From positions 424,390,001 through 424,454,000 of the forward strand of contig NC_091285.1 of assembly GCF_032444005.1 (NCBI RefSeq): a DNA stretch of 64,000 bases. Reading direction: 5' to 3'. The stretch comes from Ranitomeya imitator (taxonomy: Eukaryota). The notes beneath the pieces were generated by a model, which was not told where the DNA came from, ran no database searches, and saw only the letters and a list, made by a program, of their open reading frames with translations. Positions within the stretch are counted from its first letter, which is position 1, and each line of letters starts with the position of its first letter. Made by a program: the position numbers and the translations under genes. Positions 56,989 through 64,000 of the stretch are shown here, piece after piece.

Positions 56989-58324
56989 ATGTCTGGAAAA
57001 GTCAAATCTCACACGGTTCTATATACCATTTGTGTAACCTGTCATTCGGCCTTCCCGCATGCCCATAGCAATCGCCTCTGCGAGGCCTGTGACTCCGAAT
57101 GCGCCCAGGAGCCCCCCCCCCCTCAGGGCCAGCAGTGCATCTGTCTCAGAGAGGGCCTCGGGGTCTCAGGAGCCTTCGGCCTGCAGGGTCTGTGCTTGCA
57201 CTAGACAGATGCGTGGAAAGCGAATTCGCACAGCGTCGCCCGGGCCGTCAGGTGCTTCGGCATCCTGGTGCTCCGTATCATGCTCTCCCTCCCCAGCAGA
57301 GAGCGGGGAAGTTGAGACAGACTATGAGTCACAAGGGTCCCTTAATTTGGAGACTCCTGGGTTTCAGGAGTCTGTAGATAGCCTGATTGAGGCTGTCAAT
57401 CAGTCCCTGAGGATAGAAGACGAACTCTCCTTATCCTCAGATCACAAGGTTTCATTTAAACGGGCCCATAAGGTGTTTTCCTCTCACCCCGAGTTTGAGG
57501 ACCTGATTCGGCGAAACCGGGAGCACCCGAACAAGCATTTTTCAGGGCAAAAAGCCATGAAGGCTAGGTACCCCTTTTCTGCTGAGCTATGTAGTAAATG
57601 GGCAGAAACTCCTTCAGTAGATCCACCGGTGTCCCGTTTAGCCTCTAACACTTTGTTATCCCTTCCTAATGGCTCGTCTATTAAGGATCCTACGGATCGT
57701 CTTATAGAGAGCTTGACTCGTTCCGTTTTTGAGGCTTCGAGTTCAGCACGTTTTCCCTCTTGCGGCAACTTGGGTTGCTAAAGCTATGATGTCTTGGTCA
57801 GAGTCTTTAACAAAGGTTCTTCAAGAAAGGGATTTGCCAGCGGAGCTGGCAGAAATGTCAACTCAGATAGCGCTTGCTGCAAGCTATCTGATGAATGCAT
57901 CCTTAGATGCTGCAGAGTGTGCCTTATCTGCAGGCGGCAAATGCAATTGCCATTAGAAGGGCGCTCTGGTTAAGAACATGGCGGGCAGACTCTACCTCTA
58001 AGAAGTCTCTTACAACCCTACCGTATCAGGGGGGTCGCTTATTCGGAGAGAAGCTGGATTAGCTTATTTCAGATTCCACAGGAGGGAAAAGCAAGTTTCT
58101 TCCACAGCAGAGGATTAGACAGCCTTTTCGTCGCCAATTCCAGGCCCGTTTCAGACCCTTTCGTAATACTAGATGGGCTCCAGCACCGGGCTCTGCTGCG
58201 CAGGGTCGACCCAATCAGGACCGAGATAATCGTCACTCCTATACGACCAACCAGGGGGGGAAGAATGCATTCCCAGCCAACTAGATCCAGAGGATCTAGG
58301 ACTCAAAGGTTTTCGGCCAAGTGA
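56989..58324 (+). pseudogene. DIRS3 gag-like ORF (disrupted)
   Basis: ATG 56989 MSGKSQ...CVTC...LCEAC, SLIEAVNQSL, DPPVSRLAS; frameshifts. Confidence 0.85.
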
Positions 58325-61300
58325 CTGGAGGCCTCCTCGGAGTGCCTCCAACAGAGTAGGCGGAAGTCTACTTTTGTTTCACCAAGTCTGGCTTCAATTA
58401 ATCCACGACCGGTGGGTGGGAGAGCTCGTGTCTTCAGCTCTATCTTGTAAACTGGTCTGTCAGCCTCCTCCCCGCTTCTTCCCATCCCGTCTTCCCAGGT
58501 CCGAGTCCCACCGACAAGACCTGTTTAATTCCATAGAGTCCCTTCGTCTCAGCGGGGTCATCTCTCCTGTTCCAAGGGAAGAAAGGTTTCAGGGGTTTTA
58601 TTCCAATCCTTTTATAGTACCCAAAAAAGATGGAACAGTAAGGCCCATTCTGGATCTGAAACGCTTAAACAAGTTTGTCCACGGTTGTCACTTTCGGATG
58701 GAATCTCTCCGGTCAGTTATTGCCTCAATGGAAAAGGGAGAGTTCTTAGCCTCGATAGACATTCAGGATGCCTACCTACATATTACCATTTTTCCTCCTC
58801 ATCAAAGATTTCTCCGGTTCGCCCTAAACAACTTACACTTCCAGTTCACGGCTTTACCCTTCGGGCTGGCCTCCTCCCCCAGGGTGTTCACGAAGGTCAT
58901 GTCAACTGTGGTGTCCATTCTGCACTCCCGAGGCATAGTAGTCTTGCCATATTTAGACGATCTTCTGATCAAAGGGCCGACCTTTCAAGCTTGCAAGGAA
59001 AATGTCAGCATTTCTCTAGACACCCTTTCTCGTCTGGGTTGGCTAGTAAATTTAAGGAAGTCATCCCTAGAACCATCTTGGAGGATTTAATTTCTAGGAA
59101 TGATTTTCGACACCTCTCAAGCCCTATCAATCCTTTCCCAGGACCTAGCCCTTCGGCGGGAAGTGAGGAATCTTCAGCAACCGTACCCTCATACGATCCT
59201 GCATGAAGGTCTTAGGAAGGATGGTTGCAACTATAGAAGCAGTACCATTTGCACAGCGTCACCGCCGACCTCTCCAACATGCAATCTTAGCAGTATGGGA
59301 CAGGAATCCATTGTCCCTCAACCGCAGATGTCGGTTGTCTCCCCAGGTCAGGCAGGCTCTTTCATGGTGGTTAAACAGCTCGACCCTACTGAAGGGGAAA
59401 CCCTTTCCTCCAACCAATTGGCTAGTGGTTACAAAAGATGCCAGTCGCCTAGGTTGGGGAGCGGTGTTCTTTCACCACACTGCTCAGGGGCGCTGGTCTC
59501 CTCGGGAATCAGATCTTCCTATCAATCTCTTAGAGATTCAGGCAGTTCGACTAGCTTTGCAGTATTTCCACCATTTTCTGGCAGGTCGCCCTGTCTGGAT
59601 TCAATCGGACAACGCCACAGCCGTGGCATACATAAATCATCAGGGGGGCACCCGCAGCAAGGCAGCCATGCAGGAGGTAAAACGAATACTGTACTGGGCC
59701 GAGAGGAATCACTTGGTGATTTCAGCAGTCCACATTCCGGGCGAAGAGAACTGGGCGGCAGATTTCCTCAGTCGACAGGGTCTAGCGTCTGGGGAATGGT
59801 CTTTCCATCCCGAGATATTTCAGCAAATATGCCATCTATGGGGACTCCGGACGTGGATCTAATGGCGTCCAGGAGGAATTCCAAGGTACCCAGATTTGTC
59901 GCCCGGTACTGAGATCCAACAGGCAATCGCCAAGGATGCGCTAGTGCTGACTTGGAACCAGTTTCATCTCTCTTATCTGTTCCCTCCTCTGGCACTGCTC
60001 CCGAGGGTAATCGAGAAAATCAAGTCAGAAAGAGTGCCTGCTATTCTGATCGCCCCGGGTTGGCCGGGGCGGACCTAGTACAGCTTCTCGCCGGAGTTCC
60101 ATGGCGGCTCCCCGATAGTCCGGATCTTCTATCTTAAATGCCGATTTACCACCAGAACTCAGGGGTCCTACGTTTGACGGCCTGGCTGTTGACTCTTGGG
60201 TTTTAACTCAGGCAGGGTTCTCCCAAGAGGTAGCAGATACCATGATCAGTGCACGTAAAACCGTTTCGGCCAGGATTTATTATCACACTTGGAAAGTTTT
60301 TCTTGGTGCCTCCTCTGCGTTTTTCCGTCCCAAATATTCTAGCCTTTCTCCAAGCAGGCCTGGATTCAGGGCTGGCTCCAAGTACCCTTAAAAGGCAGAT
60401 TTTAGCCTTGTCGGTCCTTTTTCAGCGCAGGATTGCAACTAACCGACAGGTCAGGACTTTTTTTCAGGGAGTCGCTCATAAGGTCCCTCCTTATAAGACT
60501 CCTTTGGAAGCTTGGGACCTTAATTTGATCTTAAGGGCTTTACAGGAAGTTCATTTTGAGCCTCTTCAAGATATTTCCTTAACTTTCCTTTCCTGGAAAG
60601 TTGTATTCTTAGTGGCCATAACTTCCATAAGGCGGGTATCAGAGCTGGCAGCCCTCTCCTGTCGTACTCCTTTTTTACGGTTTCATCAGGATAAGGCCAG
60701 TCTCACACGTCCAGATAATTCCGGTACCGGAAAAATCGGTGTGCTTACGTTGAACATCAGTGTAGTACACGTGCGGCAGCCATGTGCCGCCCGTGTGCCG
60801 ACTGAGGACCACACGGACCGTGCAGGAGACAGCGCTAGAGTTAAGCGCTGTTCCCTGTGTGCGGTGCTGAAGCCGGTATTCCAGCGTTTGCTGGAAAGAA
60901 GGAATGAATAATCTTTTTTTTTATTATTATTTTTGTTTTTAAAATAAAGTTGCCGGTAATCTGCCCCCTCCCACCCCCTGTGCAGGAAACTGTCACCTCA
61001 CGTACCGTAGCCACTGACGTGTGAATCCGGCCTAAGGTAGTGCTCAGACCAGCACCTTCCTTTTTGCCGAAGGTTGTTTCCTCGTTCCACATTAATGGGG
61101 ATATAGTTCTTCCCTCTTTTTGTCCGAAGCCTACGCACCGTGTGGAAAAAGCTCTCCATACGTTGGACCTAGTGAGAGCGCTGAGATACATTTCCCGAAC
61201 AGCTCCATTTTGTCAGACGGATGCTCTGTTTGTCCTCCCAGAGGGTCGAAGGAAGGGATGCGCGGCCTCAAAATCTACCCTGGCTAGGTGGATACGTGCG

Positions 61301-61543
61301 ACCATTCAGGAGGCCTATCGCGCCAAGGGCATGATGGTTTCGGCTGGAATCAAAGCTCACTCCACAAGAGCAGTGGGGGCTTCCTGGGCGATTCGGCATC
61401 AGGCCTCAGCAGAACCGGTTTGCAAAGCTGCAATATGGTCTAGTTTGCATACCTTTGCCAAGCACTACAATGTCAACTCCCAGATCTCTGCTGATGCGAG
61501 TCTGGGTAGAAGGATTCTTCAAGCGGCGGTGACGCACTTATAG
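58325..61543 (+). pseudogene. DIRS3 RT-RNaseH-MT and YR (disrupted; YR split by a MITE)
   Basis: IDIQDAYLH, YLDDLL, DASRLGWG, SDNATAVAYINHQGG, TSIRRVSEL, AHSTRA, FAKHY. Confidence 0.92.
60695..61032. mobile_element. Harbinger-like MITE inserted in DIRS3 YR
   Basis: TAA TSD (60692-60694, 61033-61035), GGCC..(T)CACACGTC termini. Removing it restores FHQDKVVLRP. Confidence 0.92.
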
Positions 61544-62559
61544 ACAACAGTTGTCTGGATAATTATTACTGGTGAGTTAATTTCCCACCCAGGGACTGCT
61601 TTAGGACATCCCACAGTCCTGTGTCCCCCAATGAGGCGAAGGAGAAATAGGGATATTTGTGTTACTCACCGTGAAATCCTTTTCTCAGAGACGCTCATTG
61701 GGGGACACAGCTCCCTCCCTGGCGGCTACTGTCTTCTTGTATCTGATATTATCAGTAAAGTGAGGTCTTTTCTAGACATAAGTTTCCTGTATTGATGCTG
61801 ATAATATTATTTTCTGGTTCTCCTACTGCTTTTGCACCGAACTAGATTCTCTGGTAGCCAGTGTCACTGTGTATACGACGGAGGAGGAGCTAAACTTTTT
61901 TTATTTTAGTGTCAGCCTCCTGGCGGCAGAAGCATACACCCACAGTCCTGTGTCGTGTCCCCCAATGAGCGTCTCGGAGAAAAGGATTTTACGGTGAGTA
62001 ACACAAAAATCCCTATTTCAGATAGCCTTCGTCAGTGGGGCATAACTGCAATGATAGTGTGGGGTTTAAAAATGATGCCCAAACCAATATAATTTAATCT
62101 TGGGTTGCTCTTTTTTCTCGATCCATAAACCCACATGTCTGTTTCTCAGCCTAATCACATGCTACTTGGGGCTGGTTTCTGGTCTGATATAACCCTGTTA
62201 ACGAAGCAGGTGTATATCGAATGAAGAACTGGTGGCAATCCTACTGCGCTGTTTCACTGGTGGCTAGCGAAAGGGGCCTCTTAGCCTGTCATGGCTGTGG
62301 ATGAGTGGTGCCACGTCAGTGACTGCGTGGGCCACCTTCTCTCGCTCCCCGTACCATCCTGGGCCTGTAAGGACAGGGGTGGGTCTGTGTAAAACTGCCA
62401 AGTTGTCCCTAGGGGGTGCGGAACGTCATGTTGGTACACATGGGGAGGCCTTATCACGTGACCCCGCTGACGTAATATTGACGTCTGGCAAGGTGTGACT
62501 CCCTCTGCGTTTCTTCACAGGAGGTAACAACAGATCGAATAGACTCCATCCTGGATCAG

Positions 62560-63148
62560 CATAGGTGAATGCGCTTGTTCAGCAATATGAAATCCAGACC
62601 AGGAAGGACTGCAAAAATCCTTTTTGGGGACAACATAAAGGTACAATAAAAACCCTAGAACAATTCCTGGGTATGAACTGACTCAAGACTGAGTGCTTGG
62701 GTGCCAAGAAGGAACTTTCTTGAGGTATGGTCGGTCTCCCTTGGCGAGTAGACGGAAATTGACTAAAGAAGCAAAACTGAAGTGAATTTAACAGCTTTTA
62801 CCTGAAGAAGTGAAATCTGCGGAAGGGTAAGAACATCAGGGACTGCTTGAATGCATGATCTGCATTCCCCCACCTTGTGCAAAGGCTACGACGGATATCC
62901 AGCATATTGCTCTAGGGGTGTGCTTAGCAGCTTCTAGAGGGAGAACAGAGGTACTTACCTGCCTGGGCGATCTGTCTGCAAGATTCAATGGAAGGGAACT
63001 GGAGATGAAGATGATGCCTTAGCATAGATGCTTTGACTAGCCATGACTGCGTTGGTGACCCAGGTTGCAACAAAGGACGGATGCAAGGACAAACCTGCAA
63101 CTTCAAAGGTGGACATGGCTAAGAATTCCATGAGCGTCAGTGAGGTCC
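62560..63148 (-). mobile_element. DIRS element 5 relic (gag C-terminus and RT start)
   Basis: The minus strand gives LMEFLAMSTFEVAGLSLHPSFVATWVTNAVM, QAGKYL and a decayed PKKD...LLNKRI. Confidence 0.7.
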
Positions 63149-63149
63149 T

Positions 63150-63770
63150 GGCCAGGTTCACATTAGCGTATGTGTGCGCGGCGTATACCTGCGTACCGAT
63201 CCGCATGCGTCTATATATTTAACACTGTGTATGTAGGGACATGAGTTTGCATCAGTTCGCATGCGTTGTTTTGCGGTGTGTGGCAAACACAACATGTTGC
63301 ATTTTTTTGAGGCGTCAAATATGCACAGGCTTGCGCATGCAGATGAGTGCGTTAAAAACGCATTACTGTCTATGGGAACACATTGGATTGCTAGGACGTG
63401 TGTACGCATGTGTTCGATACGCATGCGTACTTCAGACTGCGCATGTCCAGGAAATGATTTCACCACCTCCACCATGCGCATAAACCATGCAAACACATTT
63501 AAATGCATGCACACGCTGGGGTTTTTTGCATCATGCATAAGATGATGCGGAGTAAAAACGCAGCGTAAGCATGTTTTTGTGCATGCAGGTATGCTGCGCA
63601 CAGATACGCTAATGTGAACTTAGGCTAGTTTCACACTATCGTTCGGCAGGGCTGCGGACTTCCTCCATGAAGCCCCGCCCACTGCTGCGCCTCTTCCTCC
63701 AGCTCCGCCTACGGCTGCATATGTCCTGCGTACCCTATTTTTAACATTGGGTACGCAGGTCATGCAGATG
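63150..63770. mobile_element. Two abutting Harbinger-like MITEs (63150-63620 fold-back; 63623 onward, left arm only)
   Basis: GGCCAGGTTCACATTAGCG / CGCTAATGTGAACT, then TA-GGCTAGTTTCACACT. Confidence 0.7.
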
Positions 63771-64000
63771 TGTCACGCCCCAGATGTGTCTATCGAGTGG
63801 ACCCACTGGACCGCAAATACAGCGGTTACTGATACCAGGAAGGGAGAACCAGACCAGGAAAGCAGGTTCAAACGCTTTATTGTACTGTAATACAAGTACT
63901 AGGGGAGACATCCCAAAGGAAGGCCACAGGGCCACAACACCAGGGTGCCTCTAAGGCGTCCAAGGCTTGGAGTGACACCTATACAGGGATTTCCCCTTGA
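63771..64000 (-). mobile_element. Probable LTR end running off the window
   Basis: Abrupt TGTCACG start and AATAAA on the minus strand at 63881-63876. Confidence 0.4.

Larger units (their letters stand above)
55908..62019 (+). mobile_element. DIRS element 3, full-length, decayed (same family as element 2)
   Basis: ITRs at about 55920-56040 / 61845-61965, ICR at about 61610-61710, right extension intact, TTTC shared at both junctions. Confidence 0.95.
55894..62040 (-). ncRNA. Putative decayed minimal hammerhead ribozyme motif, present only in the reconstructed empty site of DIRS3
   Basis: Joined flanks read CCCCA-CTGACGA-AGGCTATCT-GAAAC-ACCT-GTC-AGGTGG; helix I is imperfect. Confidence 0.3.

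Noticed and set aside
30700-64000. A neighbouring host gene downstream of ncaph2 (SCO2/TYMP lie there in human)
   Set aside because: I recognised no matching exons; nearly all sequence is TE-derived. Small exons could be missed without a search.

Overview
Vertebrate, almost certainly frog (anuran), genomic DNA made up mostly of transposable elements; the taxon is inferred from the repeat families present. The only host gene recognised is ncaph2 (condensin II kleisin CAP-H2): its last four coding exons lie on the + strand at 25587-30281, preceded by an intron of apparently more than 25 kb that is almost all TE. The window holds five DIRS-type tyrosine-recombinase retrotransposons. One (12764-18300) is structurally complete, with ITRs, an ICR and open RT-RNaseH-MT and YR frames; two are full-length or near full-length but decayed; two are relics. 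Also present are an L1 lacking ORF1, a full-length CR1 split by about 14.7 kb of nested insertions, hAT, piggyBac and Tc1 transposase relics, several piggyBac-derived non-autonomous elements carrying TTAGGG-like arrays and ~390-bp tandem units, many MITEs, a V-SINE and minisatellites. Best leads: (1) a splice-donor consensus conserved at DIRS right termini plus a short intron-like unit in front of gag; (2) a ~1.85-kb near-perfect palindrome with three CTCF core motifs in divergent arrangement at its centre; (3) a hammerhead-like motif cut exactly at its GAAA box by a DIRS insertion; (4) a six-level nested insertion history. Coordinates were read by eye: exons and TSD-bounded ends are exact, decayed element ends are approximate. 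No database searches were run.
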